Of a stretch of 64,000 bases of DNA, positions 48,511 through 58,514 are shown piece after piece. Made by a program: the position numbers and the translations under genes. The notes under the pieces are model-generated. The model ran no database searches. It was not told where the DNA came from and was given only the letters and a program-made list of their open reading frames with translations. Source of the DNA: an uncultured bacterium (GTDB lineage Bacteria > Planctomycetota > UBA1135 > GCA-002686595); NCBI GenBank assembly GCA_943787795.1, contig CALSNU010000004.1:288001-352000 (forward strand). Direction: 5' to 3'. Numbering within the stretch: the stretch's first letter is position 1; each line of letters starts with the position of its first letter.

Positions 48511-50328
48511 TCAGCGACGACGGGCGCCGCCGCCGCGACGAGAGCCGCCTCTCCCACCGCCGCCGCGCGCCCCGCGCCTCGTGCCGCCGCCGCGTCGCCT
48601 GCCGCCACCGCGTCGGGTGCCGCCCTGGTCGCCTCCGCCGTGGTCTCCACCGTAGCCTCGACCTGAGCCGCCACCTGAGCCGCCGCCCCCGTACCCACCA
48701 TCGCCGCTCTCCCGACGAGTCCAGGATCCGCCTCCGGACTCCTCTCGGTCGCCCTGGCGCACAAACCCGCCGCTGCGACGAGCGCCGCGTCCGCCCCGCC
48801 GACTCCCGCCGCCGCGTCCGCTGCCCCGTCGACTTCCACCGCCGCCGCCGTAACCATCACCGCCAAAATCACCGCGGCCCTCTCGGCCGCCGTAGCCCTC
48901 GCCGTGGCCCTCGCCGTGGCCCTGGCCACGGCCCTCGCCGTAGCTCTCGCCACGGTCGTCACGGCTGAAGCCTCGACCCGCGCCGCGCCGGCCGCCCCGC
49001 CGCGAGCCTCGCCGGCCGCCACCACGGCGGCCACCGCCACCCCGGTCGTCTCCGTATCCCTGGCGCTCGTCCCTGCCCGTGAACCCGCGTCCACGGCCTC
49101 CCCGACGACTCCCCCTACGCGGCGCATCGTCCTCGTGGGCGTGGTGCCGTTCGACCCCGCGGCTCTCCGGCCCCACGAGGCGCCGCAGGACCATGGTCGC
49201 GTAAGCGCCCCTCGGGAGCCCAAAGGAGAGCCGCAGCATCTTCCGACCGCGGAACTCGTTGTCTTGCTCGGCAGGCCGGACCCGAAGGTCCATGGGCCGC
49301 ACGATCACGGGGCGCGGCTCTGGCTTCAGCTGGAAGCCAGGGACGTCGGGCAGCTGGAGGTCCTCTGGGCGCAGCTCCATCCCCTCGAGGACGCGCTCGA
49401 AGAGCGCTCTCTGCTCGGGATCCTCCACACCGTCGAGTCGCTCACCCGGCAGAACCAGCGACTCGTGCCAGTGCGCGGGCAGCGGGAGCTCTCCCTTGGG
49501 CAGCGACAGCCTCCCCTCGATGCCCGGAAGGCCGAAGCGATCGGCGCAGTGCTCGTCGATCCAAAGGGCGAGGGCCCGGTTCCAGAGGTGAGACTGGAAG
49601 GCGTACAGGTGGATCAGGCGCTCGCGTGTCCCCACCCGGCCGAAGGCGCCGGCGAAGTCGTCGCCGTAGCGCTTGAGATGCTCGAAGACCGAGTGGTAGC
49701 GGCCCAGCTTGCCCGCGATCGAACGGCACGCGGACCAGTTGCCCCAGCTGCGCCAGAGGGCGTCCTTGAGCCCCCTCTTGGCGGGCGGCTCGTAGGGTGA
49801 TGGGCTCGCGATGAGCCGCTGCAGGGCGCCGCTCACGTCACCCTGGACGAGGTCGAGGACGATCCACCCCTGTCCATGCCTGACGTTTCCGAAGCGCTGC
49901 TCATCGAAGTAGTTCGGCAGCCCGTGCTCACGGACGGGATCGAGGGCGTCACGAACCCTGTCGCAGTCCGCCCCGTCGAGGTCACGCACCACGATGCCGA
50001 ACTCGTTCCCGATGGAGGCGCTGGAGTCCAGCGGCGCCGCCGTCCACCCGACCGTCTGGATTCCCAGGGCCCTCTGCTGAACGCTGACCGAGGGGCCGCG
50101 CTCGATGCTCATGTACTGGGTCGTCACGCCCTGGCGGTCCTTGAGGCCCGCCATGGAGATGTCCGCCGGGGTCACGCCCACGAGGTTCGCCAGCTCGGTG
50201 GCGGCCTCCATCGAGGTCAGCTTCTCCTTGCGCACACGGTAGAGCCGATGCGGGCCGGAAGACTCGAGCACCTCGGGGAGGAGGCGTTCAGTGACCTTGA
50301 AATCTGTGGGGCGGACTTTGAGCTTCAC
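48511..50328 (-). CDS. truD: tRNA pseudouridine(13) synthase TruD with a long Gly/Arg-rich C-terminal tail
   Basis: PTDFKV, AGLKDRQGVTTQ, GNEF, PNYFDEQRFG, AFQSHLWN and FGLPRGAYAT. Confidence 0.9.
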   Translation of the reverse strand: MKLKVRPTDFKVTERLLPEVLESSGPHRLYRVRKEKLTSMEAATELANLVGVTPADISMAGLKDRQGVTTQYMSIERGPSVSVQQRALGIQTVGWTAAPLDSSASIGNEFGIVVRDLDGADCDRVRDALDPVREHGLPNYFDEQRFGNVRHGQGWIVLDLVQGDVSGALQRLIASPSPYEPPAKRGLKDALWRSWGNWSACRSIAGKLGRYHSVFEHLKRYGDDFAGAFGRVGTRERLIHLYAFQSHLWNRALALWIDEHCADRFGLPGIEGRLSLPKGELPLPAHWHESLVLPGERLDGVEDPEQRALFERVLEGMELRPEDLQLPDVPGFQLKPEPRPVIVRPMDLRVRPAEQDNEFRGRKMLRLSFGLPRGAYATMVLRRLVGPESRGVERHHAHEDDAPRRGSRRGGRGRGFTGRDERQGYGDDRGGGGRRGGGRRGSRRGGRRGAGRGFSRDDRGESYGEGRGQGHGEGHGEGYGGREGRGDFGGDGYGGGGGSRRGSGRGGGSRRGGRGARRSGGFVRQGDREESGGGSWTRRESGDGGYGGGGSGGGSGRGYGGDHGGGDQGGTRRGGGRRRGGGTRRGARGGGGRGGSRRGGGARRR

Positions 50329-50336
50329 GGGCGCGA

Positions 50337-51338
50337 TCAGTGGCGGGAGGGGCGGACCTTGCGCAGCTGCTTCAGGACACGCTCGAGGTCGCGCGGCACG
50401 GGGGCCACGATCTCGAGCGGTTCTGTCCGCGCGCCGAGGGGAGGCAGCACGACCTCGTGGGCGTGCAGCGTGAGACGATCGATCAGCGGGCGCTCGGGCA
50501 GGCCACGCTTGGGTCGGTAGCCGGCCTTGAACTCGGAGAGCTTGAACTCCGAGCGGCGACCGTAGAAGCGATCCACGACGAGGGGGAACCCGTCGTGGCT
50601 CAGGTGGACCCGGATCTGGTGCGTGCGTCCGGTGATCGGCTCGCAGCGCAGGAGGGTGTAGCCGTCGAACCGCTCGGCGATGCTCACCCGGGTCTTCGAG
50701 GGCTTGCCGTCGTTGGCGACCTGCATCCGGCCGCTCTTGCGCAAGACAGGGCCGATCGGGTGCTCGATCAGCATGGTCTCGCCGTCCGAGAGGTACGGCT
50801 CCCCCTCCACGAGCGCCAGATAGGACTTTCTGATGGTGCCCGCCTCGAAGGCCTGGCGCAGGGCGCGCTCGGCCTCCAGGTTCTTCGCGACGACGACCGC
50901 GCCCGTGGTGTCCTTGTCGATCCGGTGCACCAGCCGCGGGCGGAAGCTCAGCCCCCCGTCACCCGCATCCTCACGCTCCTCGACGATGTGCAGCAGGGCA
51001 CCCGCGAGGGACCCCAGCTCTCGCATCCATCGCTCCGGCTCGACCGCGAGGTTGTGGGGCTTGTTGACGATCAGCACGTCCTCGTCCTCATGGAGGACCG
51101 GGATCTCGACCCCGGGAGCCACCGGCCTCTTCGGAGCGCGCTCCCAGTCGATCGTGGCGATCACAACCTGGTTGGGCCGCAGGCGCTTGCCCGGGACCAC
51201 GTCCATTCCATCCAGGAGGATGTTGCCCGCGGCGATCTCCTGCCTCAGGAAACCCTTCGAGAGGCCGGGGTACTGCAGGCAGAGGAACTCGTCGAGCTCC
51301 AGCCCAGCCCGCTCGCCCGCGACGACGAACGTGTCCAT
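50337..51338 (-). CDS. RluA/RluD-family RNA pseudouridine synthase with S4-like domain
   Basis: LDEFL..., VNKP, HRIDKDTTG, TGRTHQIRVHL and LHA; start at ATG 51338. Confidence 0.92.
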   Translation of the reverse strand: MDTFVVAGERAGLELDEFLCLQYPGLSKGFLRQEIAAGNILLDGMDVVPGKRLRPNQVVIATIDWERAPKRPVAPGVEIPVLHEDEDVLIVNKPHNLAVEPERWMRELGSLAGALLHIVEEREDAGDGGLSFRPRLVHRIDKDTTGAVVVAKNLEAERALRQAFEAGTIRKSYLALVEGEPYLSDGETMLIEHPIGPVLRKSGRMQVANDGKPSKTRVSIAERFDGYTLLRCEPITGRTHQIRVHLSHDGFPLVVDRFYGRRSEFKLSEFKAGYRPKRGLPERPLIDRLTLHAHEVVLPPLGARTEPLEIVAPVPRDLERVLKQLRKVRPSRH

Positions 51339-51342
51339 GGCT

Positions 51343-51924
51343 TCAGCTCGCCGTTGGGAGGGAAGAATCCGAGCCGCTGGCGGCCGCGTAGATCTCGGGC
51401 TTGAGGACGCCCACGTAGGGCAGGTTCCTGTAGCGGCCAGCGAAGTCGAGCCCGTAGCCCACCACGAAGAGGTCATCGACCTCATGCACCCGGAAGTCTG
51501 GGTCGAGGTCGACGCTACGGCGGCTCGGCTTGTCGAGGAACACGCACGTTCCGACCTCCGCCGCTCCCCGCTCGAGGAACTCGGCCTTGAGCCGACTCAT
51601 CGTCTTCCCGGTGTCAAGGATGTCGTCGACGAGCAGCAGGCGACGCCCTTCGATCTCTCCCGTGGGAAAAAAGCTGATCTCCAGCTCCCCGGAGGTCGTC
51701 CGATCGCCGTAAGACGACGCCGAGACGAAGGCGAGCTCGAGGGGGATCGGGATCCGGCGGATGAGGTCCGAGGCGAAGATACACGACCCCTTCAGGATCG
51801 AGACCACGGTCAGATCTCCTCCCTCGAAGCGCTCGGTGATCGCCGCGGCGACCCGCTCGATCCCCTCGACGATGGAGGCCTCGTCGAAGAGGACGCTGTC
51901 GATGTCTTGGTGCACGCTGGTCAT
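51343..51924 (-). CDS. hpt: Hypoxanthine phosphoribosyltransferase
   Basis: ILKGS, SSYG, LLVDDILDTGKT, LDK and FVVGYGLDFAGRYRNLP. Confidence 0.95.
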   Translation of the reverse strand: MTSVHQDIDSVLFDEASIVEGIERVAAAITERFEGGDLTVVSILKGSCIFASDLIRRIPIPLELAFVSASSYGDRTTSGELEISFFPTGEIEGRRLLLVDDILDTGKTMSRLKAEFLERGAAEVGTCVFLDKPSRRSVDLDPDFRVHEVDDLFVVGYGLDFAGRYRNLPYVGVLKPEIYAAASGSDSSLPTAS

Positions 51925-52211
51925 TTGGGCCGAAGAGGGTAGATCAGCGGGGGCCCCCGCGGCGGACGCCTCGGCCGAATTTGCCCCTGCGCCTCGACCG
52001 GCACGCATCCTGAGGCAACCCTGGGCCGCCTGCGGCCTGGCGATGGTCGGGATAGCTTCCCAAGCCGAGGGCGGCTGGTAACCTGTCCCGCTCGCCCCGG
52101 ATCCCCCCGGAGCGGCCCCCCGCCGGCACGAGGCCGGCCGGAGAGCCCACCCTGGGCCTCCACGGGCCTCCCCAGGCACTCTCCGATCACCGATCAGCCG
52201 CCGCGCGTCCC

Positions 52212-52493
52212 ATGAGCGCGCCATGCCCCCCGAAGATGTCGAGCACCAAAGCTAGCCGCGCCCGCCGGTCGGAGGACGAGATGATCTCCGACCTCGAGGC
52301 CAAGATCCGCGAGGTCGAGTCCCGCATGAAGCGCAAGGAGCAGCGGGACCAGCCCGTTCACCGCAGCTTCACGAAGTTCAAGAAGCAGGCGGCCGCCTTC
52401 GCGCAGACCGCGCTCGACGACCAGCGCACCGACGTCGCCAACACGGTCATCGGCATGCTCGGCGTCGTCCAGCGCCAGCTCGGGGACGACTGA
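52212..52493 (+). CDS. Small helical/coiled-coil hypothetical protein
   Basis: Host-like codon bias; RRSEDEMISDLEAKIREVE. The start may be 52236. Confidence 0.65.
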   Translation: MSAPCPPKMSSTKASRARRSEDEMISDLEAKIREVESRMKRKEQRDQPVHRSFTKFKKQAAAFAQTALDDQRTDVANTVIGMLGVVQRQLGDD

Positions 52494-52578
52494 GTCTGCT
52501 CCGGGGGCAACTGGGTCTGCTCGGGGCAACTGGGCCTGCTCGGGGCAACTGGGCCTGCTCGGGCAACTGGGTCAGCTC
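52490..52578. repeat. About 4 x 19-bp tandem repeat GGGCAACTGGGCCTGCTCG between convergent genes
   Basis: Units at 52505, 52524, 52543 and 52561 plus a partial upstream unit; the array ends overlap both stop codons. Confidence 0.85.
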
Positions 52579-53570
52579 CCGAACGACTGAGGGCCTGCCG
52601 CGAGGGAGACCAGGTGGGCGAAGCCCCCTTGCCCGGGCTGCCGATGGCCCCTTACGTCGAGTCTCACCAGGGCGCCGCAGGCCGCCAGCCATACCCCGCC
52701 TCCCATGGTCTTGGGTATGGCCAGAGCGTCCTCCACGCCGTCGGCCCCCTCGAGCGTCACGTCACGGAGAACGGCGCCAGACCGGGCGACCAACCGTGCC
52801 TGCGCGACTCGGTCTCCAGCGATCCAGACGGCGCCCTCCACAGGTGCGAGCGCTCTCGCTGTGAAGGGGAGCGGCGAGGACATCCTCAGCACCCAGTCGC
52901 CTCGGCCTCGCCCCTGCTGCCCCTTCCCGATCCCTCGACTCCTCCCCTCTCGCGGCTCGGGCAAGTCCTCTCGGTCGGGCAAGGCTACACGGTCGGGTGA
53001 GGTCAATCGGTCCGGCAGGGTGACTCGGTCCGGCAGGGTGACTCGCTCCCACCGCTCGATAGCGATGGGCGCGGAGCCGCCCCGCAGGACCCAGGCTTCA
53101 TCACCGCCCGCCGATCGCCGGATCGTGAGGGTCTCGTCAGGCTCCCGCCGAAAGGGGGCGCTCGCCTCGACCCCAGGGAGGCGGAGGCCCTCGGGGACCT
53201 CTCGGAGCCCTGACCCCGTCCACTCCAACCACCTGGCAGGGCCCGCGCAGCACCGGTCCAGCGCAGAGAGCACGAGACAGCCCCCGCCGCGTGAGGTCCT
53301 CACCTCCAGGGGCGCATCGACCTCGATCCGCCGGAGCACGGCGCCGTCTGCCGCCAGTGCGTAGAGGGCGTGCCCGGCGCGGTCCGCCGCCCAGAGCGCC
53401 GGGCGCTCCGACTCGCGGCCCAGGAGACCCCAGCCACGATTGGCCCGGCCAGCCCTGGGAGTGCCCCCCAATCCCACCAGCCCCGCCGTGAATCCAGCGC
53501 CGAGGGCACCCAGGCCGAGACCCATCTCGGCCAGCCGGCGTCGGTTCAGCATCACAGGCCGCACGTCCAC
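52572..53570 (-). CDS. Hypothetical exported protein with an internal (LPDRVT)n insertion
   Basis: N-terminal RRR plus hydrophobic stretch; beta-propeller-like LWAAD/VWIAG/VWLA strands; 18-bp in-frame repeats at about 52965-53045. Confidence 0.5.
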   Translation of the reverse strand: MDVRPVMLNRRRLAEMGLGLGALGAGFTAGLVGLGGTPRAGRANRGWGLLGRESERPALWAADRAGHALYALAADGAVLRRIEVDAPLEVRTSRGGGCLVLSALDRCCAGPARWLEWTGSGLREVPEGLRLPGVEASAPFRREPDETLTIRRSAGGDEAWVLRGGSAPIAIERWERVTLPDRVTLPDRLTSPDRVALPDREDLPEPREGRSRGIGKGQQGRGRGDWVLRMSSPLPFTARALAPVEGAVWIAGDRVAQARLVARSGAVLRDVTLEGADGVEDALAIPKTMGGGVWLAACGALVRLDVRGHRQPGQGGFAHLVSLAAGPQSFGS

Positions 53571-53701
53571 GTGAACGGACGGCGCACCGACAGGTGTCGG
53601 CCACCCGGGCCTGTCACCAGCGCGCCATCGCCCTCCCCTGGGGTCCGAGGCCCGAGAGCCGCCCCTGCGCCGACCTCAGACTCGCCCCCCCACCCCGGGC
53701 T

Positions 53702-53742
53702 CCCCTGCCGCGGTCACCCCTGCCGCGGTCACCCCTGCCGCG
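53702..53742. repeat. About 2.7 x 15-bp tandem repeat CCCCTGCCGCGGTCA
   Basis: Read directly; intergenic. Confidence 0.7.
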
Positions 53743-53822
53743 ACGCCTCGAGGGGAGCTTGCGGGCGGACGACGGGACACGCCGGCCCTCCGCCGACTCG
53801 CCTGTCGACCCGCCCGACGTTC

Positions 53823-54947
53823 CTAGGCGGGCGGCGGATTGAAGGGGTAGAGCACCAGGTAGACCAGGACACCCGTCAGGGACACGTACATCCAGATGGG
53901 AAGCGTCCAGCGCGCGAGGCGGCGGTGGCGATCCCAGTCCTGCTTGTGGGCGAGCCAGAAGACGCGCAGCACCATCGGGAGGTTCACCACCGCAAGGACG
54001 ACGTGGGTGAGCAGCATCAGCAGGTAGGCCACCTTCACGGCTCCCTCCCCGTTGAACTTGGTCGGTCCGCCGCTGATCGGCAGCACGGCGAAGTGGTAGT
54101 AGAGGTAGCAACTGAGGAACGCCGCGCTCACCACGAAGGCCGACTTCATCAGCGCCTCATGGAGCTTCTTGCGTCCGCTGAGGATCGCCACCAGCCCGGC
54201 CAGGAGCAGCGTGAAGGCCACCCCATTCAGGCTTGCGTTGACCAGCGGCAGGACCGACCGGCCGGGGAGCGGCCACTGATAGTCCAGGCCAGCGATCGCG
54301 CGGGCCCGGGCCACGATGAGCCCGTAGCGACTCGCGAGGATCCGCTCGGCCTCGACCAGCTCTTCACCGTTCTCTCCCTGCGCCGGGTCACGCAGCTCGT
54401 ACCAGCCGGCGACCTTACCGTCGCCGTCGATGACCGGCATGCGGGTCCCGTGGGTGATCGCGAGCCCCGGCGCAGCCTCGGCCTCGTCCCTCACAACGGG
54501 GACCAAGAGGCCCTCGTTCATGAAGCGGTGCATGGCCTCCTCGCTCTCGGAGCGCACGAACAGCCAGCGGGCGGGGTCCGCCTCGAAGAGGTCCGCGTAC
54601 TCCTGGAGCGCTGCGGCGGTATCGACCTCGGGATCGAGGGAGAAGGAAACCACGCGAACGGGCGTCCCTTCGAGCGCCGGGATCAACCGCTCGGCGATGT
54701 CCCGAGAGACGCTGGGGCAAGGCCCCATGCAGCGCACGAAGAACGGGACGGCGATCCACGGCGCACCGAGCAGGTCCGCGCGGGTCACTGGACGCCCCTG
54801 GCTGTCCTCGAAGCTGAAGTCCGGGACGTCGGCGAAGCGCTCCAATGACTCGGGCGGCGGCTCTCCCTGAAGCCCCTGGGCGGCGGCGCTCGCGGGTACC
54901 GCGAGGGCCAGGAGCAGGCCAAAGAGCAGGGCGGCGACTCGGGTCAT
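53823..54947 (-). CDS. SCO1/SenC copper chaperone fused to a DUF420 membrane domain
   Basis: FFVRCMGPCP (CxxxC), SLDPEVDT and ITHG; then LPLVNASLNG...H..LM..AF.VS..FL.CYLYYH...HRRLARWTLPIWMYVSLTGVLVY. Confidence 0.85.
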   Translation of the reverse strand: MTRVAALLFGLLLALAVPASAAAQGLQGEPPPESLERFADVPDFSFEDSQGRPVTRADLLGAPWIAVPFFVRCMGPCPSVSRDIAERLIPALEGTPVRVVSFSLDPEVDTAAALQEYADLFEADPARWLFVRSESEEAMHRFMNEGLLVPVVRDEAEAAPGLAITHGTRMPVIDGDGKVAGWYELRDPAQGENGEELVEAERILASRYGLIVARARAIAGLDYQWPLPGRSVLPLVNASLNGVAFTLLLAGLVAILSGRKKLHEALMKSAFVVSAAFLSCYLYYHFAVLPISGGPTKFNGEGAVKVAYLLMLLTHVVLAVVNLPMVLRVFWLAHKQDWDRHRRLARWTLPIWMYVSLTGVLVYLVLYPFNPPPA

Positions 54948-54993
54948 GGTGCGGTGCTTGAGTGGGCGGTGATTCCGTGGAAGCGGCGCCCGG

Positions 54994-55935
54994 TCAGACC
55001 CCGCGGAGCACGGGGTCGACGAAGAGCAGCGCCATCAGCGCGGGGAGGTAGATGATCGACGCGAGCAGGAGCCGCCGCGCGGTCTCGTGGGACTCCTCCC
55101 GAGCGAAGGCAATCGACGGGATGATGTAGAGCGCCCCGAGCAGGAGCGCGCCCACCACGTACACCGGGCCAGCGAGCCCGCTCATGGCCGGCATGAGGGT
55201 CACGGGCACGATGCTCAGCGAGTAGATCACCGCGTACCTGCCGGCGACCCCTTCGGAGTCCGGCTGGTTGGGGACCATCCGGTGTCCCGCGCGCGCGTAG
55301 TCCTCACGGTAGAGCCAGGCGATCGCCATGAAGTGCGGGAACTGCCAGGCGAAGATGGTCGCGAACAGCGCCCAACCCAGGGGACCGATCTCACCCGCGA
55401 GGGCGGCGTATCCAATCAGCACAGGCGCTGCGCCAGGCACCGCGCCGATCACGGTGTTCAGCGTGCTCACCCGCTTGAGCGGGGTGTAGATGCAGACGTA
55501 GACCACCAACGTCGCGAGGACCAGGACCGCCGAGAGCAGGTTGAACGACAGCGCCAACCCTGCGGTCCCTCCGGCCCCCAGGACCACAGCGAACACCACG
55601 GCCTGGAGCACCGTGAGCTCCCCTGTCACCAGCGGCCGATGGCGGGTCCGCTCCATGAGGCCGTCGGTCTCACGCTCCACCACCTGGTTGATGATGCTGG
55701 CCGCACCCGTCACGAGGAGGATGTAGAGGCCGGCCTCGGCGCACCGAAGGAGGTTCAGGATGGCCAGGTCACGCGTGGCCAGCCACCCACCCAGCGCGGC
55801 GGTGAGGAACACCATCGACGCGACTCGCAGCCGAAGGAGCTCGAGCCAGGGCGCCAGGGGGCTGCGCCCCAACTCGGGTGCCAACTGGGGTGCCAACTCG
55901 GGTGCCACGGCGTCCGGCTTGTCGGGCCCGCTCAC
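54994..55935 (-). CDS. ctaB: Protoheme IX farnesyltransferase (heme O synthase)
   Basis: NQVVERETDGLMERTRHRPL, YTPLKR, GAVPGA and WQFPHF..AW.YREDY; GTG start overlaps the ctaA stop. Confidence 0.93.
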   Translation of the reverse strand: MSGPDKPDAVAPELAPQLAPELGRSPLAPWLELLRLRVASMVFLTAALGGWLATRDLAILNLLRCAEAGLYILLVTGAASIINQVVERETDGLMERTRHRPLVTGELTVLQAVVFAVVLGAGGTAGLALSFNLLSAVLVLATLVVYVCIYTPLKRVSTLNTVIGAVPGAAPVLIGYAALAGEIGPLGWALFATIFAWQFPHFMAIAWLYREDYARAGHRMVPNQPDSEGVAGRYAVIYSLSIVPVTLMPAMSGLAGPVYVVGALLLGALYIIPSIAFAREESHETARRLLLASIIYLPALMALLFVDPVLRGV

Positions 55936-57050
55936 GCCGACACCTCCTCGGCGACGAGGGCGCGGCGCGAGAACATGGCGCCTACGACCACGGAAGAGAG
56001 CAGGACCGCACCCACGAAGACATGGGCCGTTGCGAAGGCCACCTCGCCCACGGACACCTCGGCCTCCATCCCGCCCGAGATGAAGTAGATCGCGATGGTC
56101 GCGAGTACACCGAGGGTGAACTGGGCGATCAGCGACCAGAGCTGGAGCCGTGAGAGGAATCGAAGGGAGGCGCGATCCGCACCCCGCTCGGCCCCCTCGC
56201 TCGCCGCGTCGCCGAGGATCTTGGAGAAGGTCAGGACGAGGGCGACCACCGCGAGGGCCAGGGTGCCGTGAACCAGCAGCGCCGACGTCTGCCCCTGGTG
56301 TCGCAGCCAGGCGCCCAGCGCAATCTGGCCGTACACCGCGCCCGCGGTGAGGCCGCCGAGGACCCGGAGGCCGCCAGCGAAGCGCGAGGGCGACGGGGTC
56401 AGGTTGCTCCAGGTCCGGCTCGCGGTGACAGAGAGCGCCACGATCAGGGCCACCACCAGCTGGGCGAAGGCGCCGTGGAGGAACGCGAGGTTCTGGCTGT
56501 TCTCGAGGACCCTTGTCCCGCCCAGGAGGCCCTGCCCGATAATGGCCATGAGCACGACCCAGGACATGACCGTGACGCCGCGGCCTGCCCGCTGGATGTA
56601 ACAGGTGAGGAGCACACAGATGGCCACGAGCCCCAGGGCGGTGGCCCACACCCGGTGAGCGTGTTCGAGGGTCACACCGTGGCCCTCGGACAGCATCTCG
56701 CTGAACGGATAGGTCCACATGTTCTGCTGGAACGTCGCAGGCCAGTCAGGGACGGCCATGCCCACGCGGTAGGTCGTCACGCCCCCGCCGATGACGACGA
56801 GGACGGCCACGAACCCCACAAGCACCCGGCTCGCGCCGCGCGGGGTCAGGAACAGAAGCGGGATCGGCAGCAGTGGCTGCCAGACGAGCTGCGGGTCCCT
56901 CGACCACGCGAGAGGCACGCCCACCGCCAGCAGGAGCAGGAGAGCATTGCGGAGCAAGACTCGCGGGCCGGCGGCGGCCGACGCCGGCACCGGAGGTGCC
57001 TGCGTCGGAGCGTCCCCGGTGAGGGAATCGGCTGTGGTGGTGGAGACCAT
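55932..57050 (-). CDS. ctaA: Heme A synthase (COX15/CtaA family)
   Basis: GGGVT...GMAVPDWP, EHAHR, QGLLGG.RV, HGAFAQ, QIALGA, VHG and TAHV; multiple TMs. Confidence 0.85.
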   Translation of the reverse strand: MVSTTTADSLTGDAPTQAPPVPASAAAGPRVLLRNALLLLLAVGVPLAWSRDPQLVWQPLLPIPLLFLTPRGASRVLVGFVAVLVVIGGGVTTYRVGMAVPDWPATFQQNMWTYPFSEMLSEGHGVTLEHAHRVWATALGLVAICVLLTCYIQRAGRGVTVMSWVVLMAIIGQGLLGGTRVLENSQNLAFLHGAFAQLVVALIVALSVTASRTWSNLTPSPSRFAGGLRVLGGLTAGAVYGQIALGAWLRHQGQTSALLVHGTLALAVVALVLTFSKILGDAASEGAERGADRASLRFLSRLQLWSLIAQFTLGVLATIAIYFISGGMEAEVSVGEVAFATAHVFVGAVLLSSVVVGAMFSRRALVAEEVSA

Positions 57051-57449
57051 GCGCTGGAGATGGGGCGTCGCCCGCAGGTTATTAGGCACCGGCGGCGCGA
57101 GGTGGAAGCGTCGAATTCGACCTAGCCTTCAAGACGGGCGACTCGTCGCACCTTTCGGGCGAACAAGATACTCGCGCGCTTCGAGGCGGCGCGCGTTGAG
57201 ACACGGGAACTTGGTCTCCGCCCCTCCTCCTGCCCCTTCCCGGCCTCCCTGCCCGAGACCCCTCTCCAGGATCCCCCTCTGGCCCCCAGATCGCCCGTTC
57301 CATCGCCCTTCGAGACAGCGACCGCTGCGCGACGTTGCGCCCCGACGGCTGGGGCCTAGGATTCGGCTGCTGACTGGATCCCGAGCTCATGCGACCCGAC
57401 CTCGGGTTGGAGCTGCTCCGACAACACCCGCCCCGCCCAGGCCCACCCC

Positions 57450-58514
57450 GTGCGCTCCTCTCCCCTCCTCCCCTCCCACCAGAAGTCCGGCGCCAGGCTC
57501 ACCTCAGCCGAGGCGGGAGGCGAGGTCATCACCTACGGCGCCGCTCCGGCGGAGTACGCCGCGGCCGCAGAAGAAGGGTCGCTGCTCCTCGATCGCACGA
57601 CCCGCGGGCTCATCACGGTGACGGGAGGCGACGCGCCCGACTTCCTGCACCGCATCCTCGCCAACGACGTCAAGGGGCTCGCCCCTGGGCAGGGCAACCG
57701 CAACCTCCTGCTCACGGGCAAGGGCAAGGTCGTCCACGTGTTCGACCTCGCCGCGCTGGGCGAAGGGTTCCTCATCTCCACCGAGCCGGGTGAGGCTCCG
57801 GCGCTGATGCAGGCGCTCGACATGTACCTGTTCACTGAGGACGTCGAGCTCACCGACGAGACCGAGCTGCACGCTCCCATCGAAGTGGTTGGCCCCGGCG
57901 CGGCAGACCACCTTGCCGCGGTGGTCGGGGAGCTCGAGACGGAGGGCGTCGCGGCCCACTCCTTCCAGCTCTGCCCCTTCGGCGAGGCGGTGACCCGTAT
58001 CACGCACCTCGCGGTCGCAGGCAAGCCGGGTTGGCGTCTGGAGACCGAACCCGGGCAAGCCACCGCGCTGTGGAGTGCGCTGGTCGAGGCCGGCGCGACG
58101 CCGGGCGGCCTCGTGGCCCTGGACAGCCTCCGCGCGGAGACCCTCTGCGCGGCCGTGGGTCGCGAGGTGACCGAAGAGATCTACCCCCAGGAGGCCCGGT
58201 TGGACGACGCCTTCTCGCTCACGAAGGGCTGCTACATCGGTCAGGAGGTGGTCGCGAAGATCGACACCTACGGCGGCCTCAACAAGCAGCTCTTCCGCCT
58301 CCGGGTCTCCCACGATGAACCCGTCGCGCCCGGCACCCGGCTCACGCGCGAGCTGGATGGAGAGGTCCGAGACCTCGGCGTCGTGACGAGCTGGGCGTAC
58401 TCGTTCGCAGCAGATGGCGGCGTCGTCCTCGCCTACGTGAAGCGCAAGCACCAAGAGCCAGGCACCGAGTTCCGGCTCGGCGACTCCGATGCCACAGCCA
58501 CCCTCGAGGGATGA
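57450..58514 (+). CDS. ygfZ: YgfZ/GcvT-like folate-binding protein
   Basis: KGCYIGQEVVAK signature; GGDAPDFLHRILANDV. Confidence 0.85.
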   Translation: MRSSPLLPSHQKSGARLTSAEAGGEVITYGAAPAEYAAAAEEGSLLLDRTTRGLITVTGGDAPDFLHRILANDVKGLAPGQGNRNLLLTGKGKVVHVFDLAALGEGFLISTEPGEAPALMQALDMYLFTEDVELTDETELHAPIEVVGPGAADHLAAVVGELETEGVAAHSFQLCPFGEAVTRITHLAVAGKPGWRLETEPGQATALWSALVEAGATPGGLVALDSLRAETLCAAVGREVTEEIYPQEARLDDAFSLTKGCYIGQEVVAKIDTYGGLNKQLFRLRVSHDEPVAPGTRLTRELDGEVRDLGVVTSWAYSFAADGGVVLAYVKRKHQEPGTEFRLGDSDATATLEG

